A stretch of DNA of 64,000 nucleotides, taken from positions 30,816,001-30,880,000 of the forward strand of contig NC_086109.1 of assembly GCF_963921235.1 (NCBI RefSeq). The letters are read 5' to 3'. The position numbers were made by a program, and so were the translations under genes. The notes beneath the pieces were generated by a model. It was not told the DNA's origin, did no database searches, and saw only the letters and a list, made by a program, of their open reading frames with translations. This DNA comes from Mobula hypostoma. Lineage: Eukaryota. Positions 1-12,391 of the stretch are shown piece by piece (within the stretch, counting starts at the first letter, position 1; each line of letters starts with the position of its first letter).

Positions 1-912
1 GTCTCCAAGTACCCCAAAATCCCCTCCTTAAGAATAGACTCCAACACTTTCTCAGTCACTGAGGTTAGGCTAACTGGCCTATAATTTCCTCCCTTTTGTC
101 TTCCTCCCTTATTAAAGAGTGGAGTGACATTTGCAAAATTCCAGTCCTCCTGGACCATGCCAGAATCAAGTGATTCTTGAAAGATCATGACCAATACATC
201 AGATATCTCTTCAGCAACATCTCTCAGGGCTCCTAGATGTAGTCTATCTGGTCCAGGTTGCTTATCCGCCTTAAGACCTTTGAGATGTCTAGGACTTTTT
301 CCTTTGTAATAGCAATGGCACTCACTCCTGCTGTCTGACACACATGGCCCTCTAGCACACTTCTGGTGTCTTACACAGTGAAGAATGATGCAAAGTACTC
401 ACTAAGTTCTCCTGCTATTTCTTTGTCCCCCATTTCTACCTCACCAGCATCATTTTCCAGTGGTCCAATATCAACTCTCACCTCCATTTGAATCTGTATA
501 TAACTGAAAATATTCTTAGTATCCTGCTTTATATTATTATTGGCTATATTATAATATATTGTTGGCTAGTTTGCCCTTATATTTTATCTTTTCCGTTAAA
601 GTTTTTTTTTAGTTGTCTTTTGTTGGATTTTGAAAGCTTCCCCATCATTTAACTTCCTACACTTTTGCTACCTTATATGCCTTTTCCTTGGCTTTTATGC
701 GGTCCTTAACTTCCCTTGTCAGCTATGGTCGCTTACTCCTACCATTTGAGAACTACTTTCGTGGGACATATCTATCCTTCGCCTTGTGAACTAATCCCAG
801 AAACTTCAGCCATCTCCGCTCTGCTGTCAACCCTGCCAGTATCCTCCTCCAATCCACCTGGGCAAGCTCCTCTCTCATGCCTCTGTAATTCCCTTTATTC
901 CCTTTCTCCAAA
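1..912 (-). mobile_element. CR1-clade LINE ORF2 fragment, decayed, runs off window start
   Basis: Minus strand near 55-90 reads GNYRPVSLTSV; ORF 753-971 contains KGNYRGMREELAQVDW, typical of CR1 ORF2 between endonuclease and RT. Confidence 0.85.
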
Positions 913-934
913 CAGCAGATAATTCTAAAAAAAT

Positions 935-1356
935 GGCAGAGACCTATACATTCAGGTACCAGTGGCATCATAGGAACTTCCGGTCAATGTTAAACTCAAT
1001 GTAGGACTTCCTTAGGGACTCTAGCTTTGATTTTTTTGTTGGCATTTACTCCTGAAACCTTTCCATGAGTGAGTATAGCCACAAGGCAGCAGAGGTTTGA
1101 GATCAGGGTTTTGCTTCTCCTAGCTGAGCTGCCAACCATGGCTGACAAGCCCTATCTGCCCAGGGTGACTGGTTTTAAGGGCCTTCGCCCCTTCTCCTGT
1201 CAGTTGAAATGGTTCTGCTGGCTAAGAAGCTAAGCTACACATGGCCAGGGTCAGGACTTGTTTGTCAGCGGCTATTTGAGACACATGGTAGTGGGAGCTA
1301 ATCCCTACTACTCCCCACCCCCGGCTCCACTCCCCCCAGCTATGACAACCTTGAGG
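935..1356 (-). mobile_element. Non-autonomous element with RTE-LINE-like 5' region (copy 1)
   Basis: Collinear with 21925-22352 (AAACTCAATGTAGGAC, TTTACTCCTGAA, GAGCTGCCAACCA, CTCCTGTCAG, GGCTATTTGA, GTAGTGGGAGCT). RTE assignment is from recalled similarity to RTE 5'UTRs. Confidence 0.6.
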
Positions 1357-1954
1357 AACCTTCGATTACTTAGTCATCTCTCTTTAGATTGGAATCTCCA
1401 AAGATGGATGTGGCATGATAGAGTTCAAGGGTTGCCTTCCATTCTTGTATGATTTAATAGTTTCTTCTGTATCCTCATGGGAATATGTGATGGGGAACAG
1501 AAGTCACTGAAGAAATAAGCACTTCTATAAAATATTATGCACACTAACATCTATTGTATCATGGTATTGTAATGCCTGTGTTTAGTTTGACATCAGATGG
1601 TGAATTGAGTGGCAAAGTCGTATTTGAAAAATGATGGTGAAGGTGCTGATAAGATATAAACTCAGGAATGTTATCAACATATTCCTATTCCAATATTACA
1701 GCAGATTTTTATTTCCCATATCAAGAGAGATATCTACTTTGTAATATCGTCTGTCTGACAATCAGCAATTATGCCATCTACATGGAAAGCTGTGCAGATT
1801 TGATTCAGTCACAGTCAGATATTGGATCCAACTATTGCTTGCATAGCCTTGTCCAAGGTGGAAATGACATAGGTAAGCATGTTATCTTCAGAAGATGTTT
1901 GGATGAGCATGTGTATACACCCATTCACTTTGTTCTAATTTGCTACATGCTGAT

Positions 1955-2545
1955 GTCATGGCCAAGCCAGCTCGCCAATGCCTCTACGTCCTCGGAAGGC
2001 TAAAGAAATTTGTTTTGTCCCTGTCGAGTATTAACAATTTTTATCAACGCATCGTAGAAAGCGGTCTGTCTGGATGCATAATCGCTCGGTATGACGCACG
2101 TGACGGCAAGAAACTGCAGAGAGCTGCAGTCTAGTGCACACAGGGACCAGCCTCCCTTCTATGGACTCCAATGATACTTGCTGCCTCAGTAAAAAGCCAG
2201 CTTAATCAAACACCACACTCACCCGGGACCTTCTTTCTTCTCCCCTCTCCCATCAGGTGAAGATACAAGAGCACATTCCACCGAGTTCAAGGACAGATAC
2301 TATCCCCCTGTTATCAGACTTGTGAATAGGCCTCCTGTATGATTAGATGGTCTCTTGTCCTCACTATCTACTTCACTATGATCTTGCATTCTGTTGTTTA
2401 TCTGCACTGTACCTTTTCATTAAGTTGTATACTTTATTCTGCGTCATTACCTTTTTACTTAATTGTGGATTGTGTAATAATCTGTATAAATGGAAGACCA
2501 GCGTTTTACTATATCTCAGTACATGTGACAATAAGAAGCCCGTAC
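1955..2545 (+). mobile_element. Rex1/Babar-type LINE 3' fragment
   Basis: AKPARQCLYVLGRLKKF...FYQRIVESGLSGCII resembles the KAxQRLYFLRxL..FY..IESxLTxCIxxW C-terminal ORF2 motif; 3' tail GTACATGTGACAATAA. Confidence 0.75.
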
Positions 2546-2867
2546 CAATATCTAGGCTGCATGATACAGCCTCCTGTAGCCAGGTGTAGCCTATTGACAA
2601 TGAATCACTCGAGGAGATTTATGGAATAAAACTAAAACTAGTAGTATTCCCTCCCTGTGTTCCTGGCTACATAACAATTCTGCAGACTATTTATTGGTGC
2701 CTTTTCTTATTTGATATAACGTAAAAAGGAACAAAGAGAATTGTGTCCAGATGGCGAAGCAGATATGAAATTGCTTCCAATAGGCTAACTGGGTATTGAG
2801 TGAAACTTCACTTCAGGTGAAGCCAAGTTTTTAAGCATTTCTCAGATGATCAGTTGATTCTCATATA

Positions 2868-3133
2868 CACTGAGTGGCCACTTTATAACATAATGTACAT
2901 AATGAAGTGGCCTCTGAGAGGGAGTATGTTCATAGTCTTCTGCTGTTGTAGCCCATCCACTTCAAGGTTCACCGTGTTGTGCTTTCAAAGATGCTCTTCT
3001 GCACACCACAGTTGTAATGCATGGTTATTTGAGTTAGTGTTGCCTTCCTATCAGCATGGACTAGTTTGGCCATTAGCTGATTAGATATTTGCATTAATTA
3101 GCTGGTATACCTAATAAAGTAACCACTGAGTCT
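2868..3133 (-). mobile_element. Tc1/mariner-derived MITE, internally deleted
   Basis: TA|CACTGAGTGGCCACTTTAT at left and ATAAAGTAACCACTGAGT at right form terminal inverted repeats; interior is the reverse complement of parts of 8960-9496. Confidence 0.75.
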
Positions 3134-3411
3134 TAATCTTTTGATTGTAATGTTCTAGATTTTCAATCAGCTGTGAATCTCAAGCTTGCCCAATTAGATA
3201 TTTAAGTTGTCATCTCTGTGGAACTAAACTATGCACATATCTACTAACGCTTAGAGGTTCAAGGTTCATCACTGTTATCAAGAATACTCTATCTAGACTT
3301 TCCAGTGTTAAATAAACTTCACAGTAGAATATTACACTTACTGCTTTGTTTCATTTCTAAAGTTATGACGAAGATATTTTCATTAGTAGGAAACCACATT
3401 TGAGAGAGATA

Positions 3412-3713
3412 TACATCTATTAGTCTCATGAGACCATGGATTTGCGCCTTGGAAGGTTTCCAGGGTGCAGGCCTGGCCAAAGTTGTATGGAAGACCAGCA
3501 GTTGCCCGTGCTGCAAGTCTCCTCTCTCCATGCCACCGATGTTGTCCAAGGGAGGGGCATTAGGACCCATACAGCTTGGCACTGGTGTCGTCGCAGAGCA
3601 ATGTGTGGTTAAGTGCCTTGCTCAAGGACATAATACGTTGCCTCAGCCAAGTCTCGAACTAGCGACCTTCAGATCACTAGACGGACACCTTAACCACTTG
3701 GCCACGCGCCAAC
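3412..3713 (-). mobile_element. tRNA-derived SINE (copy 1)
   Basis: Minus strand starts GTTGGCGCGTGGCCAAGTGGTTAAG (A box), has AGTTCGAGAC (B box) and CORE-like GTCCTTGAGCAAGGCACTTAACC; second copy at 17311-17624. Confidence 0.85.

Positions 3714-3714
<1 letters not shown>

Positions 3715-3782
<68 letters not shown>
3715..3782. repeat. Compound (TG)n(TA)n microsatellite
   Basis: Directly visible, abutting the SINE head. Confidence 0.97.
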
Positions 3783-3783
<1 letters not shown>

Positions 3784-4480
3784 CATCACATCTTGTAACA
3801 TATATATTTGAGGCCAAGAATAACTAAACTTGATAGTTCAAAACCAAGATAGACAGATTATCTTTCTAATACCCACTGCCTGGTTATGAGAATTACTGGG
3901 GGAGGCGAGTATTTCCTGGCCCTGTTAAGCTATCTTTGGCATGATAGTAATGGATTGTTGTTTCAAGATACAGTAAAAGGTCCTCCACAGACTATTCTAC
4001 TACTTAAAATGACATGGAAATGTATAAGAGAAGATGCAGCAGCTCAGGGTTTATCATCTTATAAGAGAGGTTTACATGGCTTGTGTATGCTTTAAAGATC
4101 CTGATGAAAATGGTTTGTATAGTTTTTGGTGTTATAAGGAGATAATGGGTAACAGCTTTTAAGCACTGCAGCTGTAACCTCCTTCTCCTGACATACCTTG
4201 CCAAGACTGTAATTGTGTCTGAGCCAGCTGGGTCAAAGATTCTTTGATGTTTCCAAAGATGCTCATTGAAATGGGATGTTTAATATTTTGAATGATGTTT
4301 TCCTGACATTAATACATTCTGATGACTCAAGCAGCCTTAAAAAGGTGAAATTATTATTTAAAAAATCCAAGTCTTTATGAATAAAACATATAATTGTGCA
4401 TTGATTCTCAGAAAGATTATCCCTTAACTCAGTGGGATTGTTCATACTCAGCTGGATGTTGTAGTAATAAAGAGAGTACA

Positions 4481-4577
4481 GAGGAGATTCAAGCAACGCA
4501 CACAAGAAATGCTGGTGAACGCAGCAGGCCAGGCAGCATCTATGGGAAGAGGTACAGTTGATGTTTTGGGCTGAAGC
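4481..4577. mobile_element. Penelope-like (PLE)-derived short repeat
   Basis: AAATGCTGGTGAACGCAGCAGGCCAGGCAGCATCTATGGGAAGAGGTACAGTTGA matches copies at 26510, 45662 and 55330. Confidence 0.7.
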
Positions 4578-4584
4578 CAAGGAG

Positions 4585-5635
4585 ATGCACCATGTTTTTG
4601 TCTGGAATGGAAGGATGTAATTATAAGGAGATATTTGATAGGTTGGGTTTATTCTCATTGAAATGCAAGGGGCTGAGGATTGACCTTGGAGGTTACCAGT
4701 ACTTGAGGTGCATAGAGAAGATAGATGTTATGTTGAAATTGTACAAGATGTTAATGAGGCCTAATTTGGAGTATTGTGTGCAGTTTTGGTCACCTACCTA
4801 CAAGAAAGATGTAAACAAGGTTGAAAGAGTACAGAGAAAATTTACAAGGATGTTGTTGGGTCTGGAGGACCTGAGTTATAAAGAAAGATTGAATCCGTTA
4901 GGACTGTATTCCTTAGGACATAGAAGACTGAGAGGCGATTTGATAGAGGCATACAAAATAAAGAGGGGTATAGATGGGGTAAATGCAAGTAGGCTATTTC
5001 CACTGATGTTGGGTGGGACTACAACCAGAAGTCAAGAGTTAAGGGTGAAAGGTGAAAAGTTTAAGGGGAACATAAGGGGAAACTTTTTCACGCAGAGGGT
5101 CATGAGAGTGTGGAATGAGCTGCCAGCACATGTAGTGCATGTGAGCTCAATTTCAGCATTTAAGAAAAATTTGGATAGGTATAAGTATGGTAGGGGTATG
5201 GAGGGCTATGGTACCAGTGCATGTCAATGAGAGTAGGAAGATTAAATTGTTTCAGCATGAACTAGATAGGGCAAAGGGCCTGTTACTGTGTTGTACTGCT
5301 ATATGACTTTACAGATGGACAGAAATATTCTCCCAGGGTGAGAGAGTCTAGAACTAGAAGTTACTGGTTTCAGTTGAGATGGGAGAAATTTAAAGTATAT
5401 GAGGCGTAAGTTTTTCATAGAGTGTGGTGACTATCTGGAGTGGACTATCAGAGAAGTAGTAAAGACAGATACAACTATGTCACTTAAAAGGCATTTGGAC
5501 AGTGTTTGGATAGCACAGATGGAAGGATTATAGGCCTTATCAATAATTTTACAATATACAGGAACTTATGGAGCAGGCAGTCAAAAAGAAATCACAATGG
5601 AGCTGTGTCTGTCTACTGTACTATGCCTCTGACAT
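4585..5635 (+). mobile_element. Two nested CR1 3' fragments (younger ~4721-5310 inside an older one)
   Basis: ORF 4592-5230: LYKMLMRPNLEYCVQFWSP...ERVQRKFTRML...FFTQRVMRVWNELP; the CR1 3' region recurs in more decayed form at 5311-5635. Confidence 0.85.
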
Positions 5636-7451
5636 TAATGGAATTAATTTGACAGAGACAGATCACATGCTGATGTGATGACGTGGCATGTTTAGAGTTA
5701 CTGACCATGTGGATTTCTCTGCAGTACTACATACAGCAGAAACACAGACCATGTAGTTCAACAGGCTTCTTACTGGTATTTATAATAGATATATTCCCCT
5801 TCCATATCTATTCATTTATGCTGTCAACCTCAGCAGTTGGAATCAAATCATATTCCATTATAATGGGACATTTCGAGGCAAATTTCAGCATATTCTCTGC
5901 CCCTTTCTGGCCTCTGTGCTTCTTTAGCTTTCTCAAAAAAAGTCCTTGTTTCTGGGTTGTTTATTTAATCTATCAATGATTATTCTATATTTATGCCACT
6001 TAGTTTCAGGTTTCCCAAAGTAGAAATATTTACTCTGCATTTACTCTTCCCCAGCCCTTTCGAAATAGAAGAGCTCCTTTGTAGCAAAAAATGATATCAG
6101 GTGGGAGATGTATCAGACCAAAGTCAAATGCCTGGACATGAAGTAACTGGGTGAATTAGGCTACATTTGCAGAATGTGCAGAACAATTGAGGAATAACAG
6201 TTCATTTGGAAACTTTCTATTTAGTTTTTATGTACTCCCTTGAGCTTTTCTGATCATTATATTACTTTGGCTATGCTAAGTCCTGAGTATATATTTTTCA
6301 CTTTTAGAGAATTTGACTTCATGCAGCACATGTCAAATAGCAAGCTTTATTTTTAAAAAAGTTTAATGTTGTTGTATCTCAATAGATAAACTTGTTTCAG
6401 TCAATATGATAAATGTTGCTAATTTTCCAGCTGTCCTTTTCTTCTTCAAACCTCTTGGTATCCTTCATCAGATCCAACTATTTACTGCGCATGACTCAGT
6501 GTGGTTCTTGCTTTCAGAGCTATCACCCCCCAGTCAATTTTACAGGGATTTATGGCGGCTCAGAATGGCTTCTGACATAAGAGGAAAGTAACTGATTCTT
6601 TGATTCTGCACACGCATCACTCCCACTAGCTGTATCCTCACAAGATCCCCCTGATTTCTCTGAGCATACAACATTAAACAGCTCTGATTGTTCCAAATCC
6701 CTCTTCTGTCACTCCCTTTATACATTTATTAAGTAAGTTGCAGGAAAGGTAACTGCTTAGGGCAACCTATCCATTTCACTTTCTGCTGCCTGCTATTTCT
6801 ACATAAGGAGTGGGTAGAGAGAATGGATTATTTAATATTGCCAAAACGTGTCATTTTTCTTTGTGAAAAGGAAACCTTATTATATTTTTGTTTGAAAACA
6901 GCTTGAGAGAGTTTTGTAGCATATCAGTTCCTCACCATATGCAGATACGTTTCATTTTAATTATTTTTTTCCTCTATTAATAAATTATTAGGTCATCCCC
7001 ATCCAACCCCTGCTGCAAATCACTATGTAAAGCTTATGACTGCCTATCTAATGCATAAGACAGGTGGGATTTATGGCTAAGTATTCCTTATGCTGCTTCT
7101 CAGAGGACCTTTCTCGGTCTGTGGAGATACCTGCGTGAATTCTCCGGGTAGTTGTTGCAACAAGATGCTTCACTCTCATATAGATAGGCTGTGCAAGGAA
7201 TAAAAGTTTATTTTTATCAGGTACACTAAACTATTATTTCATAAAATATTAGGTTGGACTCATTCATATATATTATGTAATATGTACAGCAATCACTGAA
7301 TGGATTTGGTTCATGGTGCTTGGTGAATGTGTTTGTTTAAATGGCTTCTCATCTCTGAAGGCTCCTTTCCTAATCACAGGAACAAATATGTGAAATGCTT
7401 TTAATGACTATTCCTGAAAAGCAGTATGTCACAACGGAATGGGTTTCATTA

Positions 7452-9496
7452 CTGGAAATGGCGGCTTTATTAGGTATACCTGTATTCATCTTCAGAAAGA
7501 TAAAAAGAATGGAGGATCAGCCTTACCAAAATTTAGATTTTATTATTGGGCAGTTAATATAAGAAATCTTACAATTTGGTTATATTACATTAATCGTGAG
7601 GATTGCCTGATGTGGGTTTTTTTAGAAGCTAACTCTGTCAATAAATTTTCTATTATTTCTCTTCTTGCATCCTCACTTCCTTTGTCTCTGAGTAAATTAA
7701 CTGATAATCTGGTAGTTAAACACACTATGAGAATTTGGATACAATTCCGAAAATACTTTGGCTTATTGAGATTTTCTCTTTCAAGTCCCATTTTTTTCTA
7801 ATTATCTTTTTAAACCCTCTATGATTGAAGTGGCTTTTAAAGAATGGGATAGATTAGGTATTAAATGCTTTCAGGACTTGTTTGTAGAGGGAAGTCTTTT
7901 TTCGCTTGAACAACTGTCAACTAAATATAGTTTACCCAAAACTCATTTTTTTTGATACCTTCAAATAAGATATGTTTTATGGTCTCAAATAAGTACATTT
8001 CCTAAAAGTCCTGATAAGAATCTATTAGATATAATTTTTAATTTAAAACCTTTTTATAATGGATCGCTATCTAATATTTATAATATGCTGTTGGGATTGA
8101 GAAGTGTTCCTTTAGATAAAATTAAAAATTCTTGGGAACAAGATTTACAGACTTCAGGTTCTGAGGATACTTAGAATTAAATTTTTAAATTGATTAACAC
8201 TTAATCGTTATGTGTCCGTCACTCTCTTCTACAATTTAAAGTGGTCCATAGGGCCCATATGACCAAGGATAAGTTGTCTCGTTTTTGATAGCTATATCTC
8301 TGTATCGTGATAAATGTAATAATGGAGAAGGTTTACTCATTCATATGTTTTGGACATGTCCGAGTCTTGGAAAATATTGGAAAGAAATATTTCAAACTTT
8401 CTCGATACTCTTCAAAGTAAACTTTAAGCCTAATCCTTTGACTGCTTTATTTGGTGTTGTTAGAGGAAAGGATATTATTTTGGCATCATCTGACTTGCAC
8501 ATTTTTGCTTTTATTTCTCTTATGGCCAGAAGGACGCTCTTGCTTAAATGGAAAGCTGCGTCCCCTCCTATTCACGCTCAATGGTTACGTGATGTGATGT
8601 TTAAATTTAGAGAAGATTCGATGTTCAATCTCTGAATCTAGCCAAGACTTTCAAACATTGTGGGGACCTGTTTTGAATTATTTTCAAATCCTTTGATTTG
8701 CTGTTAAAGCACAGATGATGACTAATTTTTATTTTTCCTTTTTTTCTTTACTAATCAGCTTCGGTCTTGGTAGTGGGTTAGATTTTTTTAATATAATAAA
8801 TTTACTATATTTCAATGTTATGAATTAATTTGTATGAATATAGGATAAGGAGTCTTTATGTGCAATTTAGTATAATGTATTGATATATATTTGTACTCTG
8901 TATTCTTATATGTAAAATTAATAATAAAAATATTGGAAAAAGAAAAGGTATACCTGTATAGCTCATTAATGCAAATATCTAATCAGCCAATCATATGACA
9001 GCAACTCAATGCATAAAAGCATGCAGGTATGGTCAAGAGGTTTAGCTGTTGTTCAGACCAAACATTAGAAAGGGAAGGAAATTGTGATCTAAGTGACTTT
9101 GAGCATGGAAATGATTGTTGGTGCCAGACAGGGCGGTTTGAGTATCTCAGAAATTGCTGATCTCCTGGGATTTTCATGCACATCAGTCTCTATAGAGTTT
9201 ACAGAGAATGATATACAAATATAAATAAATACATAAATATAGTGAATGGCAGTTCTGTGGTTTAAAAAATGCCTTGATAATGAGAGAAGGCAGAGAAGAA
9301 CGACCAGACTGATTCGTGCTGCCAGGAAGGAGACAGTAATACAGAATAGCCACATTTTACAACAGCAGTGTGCAGAAGAACATCTTTGAATGCACAATAT
9401 ATTAACCATGAAGTGGATGTGTTGAAGACCACGAACATACACTGGGTGACCACTTAATTAGTTACAGGAGGTACCTAGTAAAGTGGCAGCTTAGTG
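7452..9496 (+). mobile_element. Tc1-like non-autonomous DNA transposon interrupted by an L1
   Basis: Transposase N-terminal remnant CDLSDFEHG/MIVGARQGGLSISEIADLLGFS at ~9080-9180; degenerate left TIR (..CTTTATTAGGTATACC) and right TIR GTACCTAGTAAAGTGGCAGCTTAGTG|TA. Confidence 0.75.
7486..8945 (+). mobile_element. 5'-truncated L1/Tx1-clade LINE with 14-bp TSD
   Basis: GGSALPKFRFYYWA and IHMFWTCP (C-terminal zinc knuckle) motifs; A-rich tail; AGGTATACCTGTAT repeated at 7472-7485 and 8946-8959. Confidence 0.9.
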
Positions 9497-11584
9497 TATG
9501 TGAAATGCTTTAAATGACTATCCACTGAAAAGCAGTATCACACAATGGAGTCTCTTTCAATTAAATGTCACTATTCCTGTTGGTCTTAATGAACTGTCAG
9601 ATTAGGTTTGAATGTATTTCAGAATCAATTTCCAATCCAGCATTGAAATCATTAGCTCCTGATTCAGTAAAACTTGAAGACAGAAAATAATTTTCTGTTT
9701 TCCCATTAACTGTATATCCACATAGGCCACGAAGGCATAAAATGTGTTGTTGTATATACCTGTTATTCCAATTGTATGGCAATGAAAATCAAGAGGAGGT
9801 CTATGATTTGGGTCGTTTTCCACTTATGGCTTAAAATTGTACAGGCAAAATGTGGCATTTCTATTCCGTCAGCAAATCAAAAGCCCATAATGAACTATGT
9901 CTTTATCGATGCATAGTACTTTCAAAAATATAACAACAGCAAACATGTCCAAATACTTTTCAAATTAGCTAAACATTGCTTCACAGCACAGCAATAAGCA
10001 AATTTAACACTGAACCACGCAGAGCAATACTTGGTCAATGAGTTTTATGGAGCACCTTGAAGGAAAGCAAATTGGATCGCAGAGATCTTTAGGGTGAACA
10101 GTCAAGATCATTAAGTCCTAACAATTCATTTTAGGGCTGATCAAGAGGTAAGAAGCAGAAGAGTTTGGGTTTCCTAGTGCATAATGTTGATGGAGGGTAT
10201 GGAAGTAGAGAGAGGAAGGGTGATGGAGACATTTGGATACAAGATGAAAAAAATTGAATTTTAGCATTGCTTTACCTAGAGACATTATCAATTAGCAAAC
10301 TGCAAGGATGATAGGAGTGAGTTAGGACATAGAACTAAGATCAAAGGAGGACATATTGGAATACACAATAATGCTATTCTTTTTGCAACCAAGGACATAT
10401 TCCTTTAAAGTATAAATCATCTGGGTTCTTCATATCTGTGCTGAGTTAGGCAGAACTTGTGCGTACCATTCTTACAGAGCCAAATATCAATATTGATGGA
10501 TAAAAGTTTATACATATAATGAAACTTATATTATAAATACATTTGTAATGTGGTATGTTTTATGTTACTAGATTTTCCTTCACACAATAGAAGCTGAAAG
10601 CTTGACAGTTTAAACTATATGATGCAGTTGCAGACACCACTATTGCCAGCCATAAGCAGTACAGATCAACCTGTAAGCATCAAAAGAGCTTTTATCTGTA
10701 ATTTCAGTATATAGCAGTGAAATATTGCCTCATACAGACCATAAATTTGAGTTTAGGTGTCATTAATACAGCAGTTGTGTTATTCCAATGGTTCCCGATA
10801 CTGTCTGAATCTTTTAGAGTGTTGCTACCTTGAAGCAAATGCCAAGATAAACTCTCTTGAATAGGTCTGTACAATCATTTTGTATTTAAATTTGATTCGT
10901 GTCTGCATGGTAAATGTTTGATAAATCTGATTTCTAGTTTTAATAGATATCCCATGCAATGGTGCAAACTGGTTGGGTATTCGTGGCAGGGTGTTAGGAT
11001 TGCATCGGGTTGAGAGTTGTTATTGTGTTCCGGGAAAAGGAACTCAATGGTTTGGGACATTGACCCAGGCAGTGGTTATCCTGCAGATCATGAATGTATT
11101 AACCAAAACCGTGTTGCAGAGTGATGTGTTGCATTCTGTTGGATGCTACTGAAACAGATCATTGCACGGCCTAAAATGTTGGCACCTCTGCATATTTCAG
11201 TAATAACAGTATTTGAACAGGTTAAGTAATGAAATTTCCACGTCGGAACCTTTTGTATTAGATCACTTAGTTTAGAGTATTACAGTATGTCAGTATGCAT
11301 AAATTGTAGCAAAATCAGTTCATCCAGGTTGTTATTGATAAGAGAATAATTATCTGAAAACTACTGTCATAAATGTGTGCCACTATTAACTTCAACACTA
11401 GTCTAATGAGTACACAGAAAGCACTGAATTGATCTATTTATGTCCGCAACAGATTGCAACAATGAGATGTTTCACTCTAAACTGCTGGAAGTAATGAAGT
11501 TAGAACTATAACAATTTTTGCACTGACATTTTAAATGTCAATTCATGGCTGAATATTATGAGAGTCTTTGTATTCAGTCTTTGC

Positions 11585-12318
11585 CATGATCCATGAGCCA
11601 GTCTTCATCAGGAGATCGGAGGTGGAGAGAATTGCAACTTTAAATTCCTTGATGTTACTTCAGAGGATCTGTTTCAGGGTCTATGACGCCAGTGCCTTTA
11701 TGAAAGCACAGCAGTGCCTATACTCTGTTAACGTTTGCAAAGATTCTGCAAGTCATCTTAAATTTTTGACATCTATGGATGTGTGGTGAGGAATATATTG
11801 ACTGGTTGCATCACAGGTATGGAAGCCTGCAAAAAGTAATGGATACTGCCCAGTCCATCATGGGCTTTTATGTTTTGTAACTCCAAAACCATAAAACAAA
11901 TCTAGTTGGAAGGAAAACACGGAGACTCCAAAATTTGAGTCTAACTTAATTTTTACTTGAGACTGGTGGTCCTGGTGTGGATGCTACATAGCCTCCTCCC
12001 TGGTGGGAGTGGGACAAACAGTCCATGAGCAGGGTGGGTGGTTTCCTTCATGATGTTACTGGCCCCTTTTCTGGCACCTTTCTGTGTGTGTGTGTGTATA
12101 TATATCCTGGATGGCAGGTAGGCTGGTGCCAGTGATGCATTAGGCAGTTTTGATTACACGTTGTAGAGCTTTCTGTGTGTGGCAGTGCAGTTTCTGTACT
12201 ATGCAACTTGTTCGGGTGCTCTCTATTGCACATCTGTAGAATGATGGGATTATAGGTGTGCAAAGTCCAGCTCCTCAGAAAGTAGAGGCGTTGCTGAGTT
12301 TTCCTGATTGTGTAGAAA
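11585..12318. mobile_element. Two decayed Rex1/Babar-type LINE fragments (+ ~11585-11865; - ~11965-12318)
   Basis: KAQQCLY and ILTGCIT-like motifs on +; TRPGGxLTDVxTDI-like remnant on -. Boundaries approximate. Confidence 0.5.
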
Positions 12319-12391
12319 ATAATGGATTACAAATTTTGTGTAGTGATAAACACCAGTCTCAACAATAATATTTTTTCTCTCATTATTTAGT

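Noticed and set aside
3640..3713. tRNA gene (also 17550-17624)
   Set aside because: A/B boxes continue into a shared SINE body; these are SINE heads, not tRNA genes.
6518..6587. Possible small exon (TTGCTTTCAG|..GGAAA|GTAACT, ELSPPSQFYRDLWRLRMASDIRG)
   Set aside because: Splice-like signals only; I do not recognise the peptide and found no partner exons.
10945..11226. Non-repetitive segment ending in donor-like AACAG|GTTAAG
   Set aside because: No recognisable reading frame; cannot be supported without RNA or conservation data.
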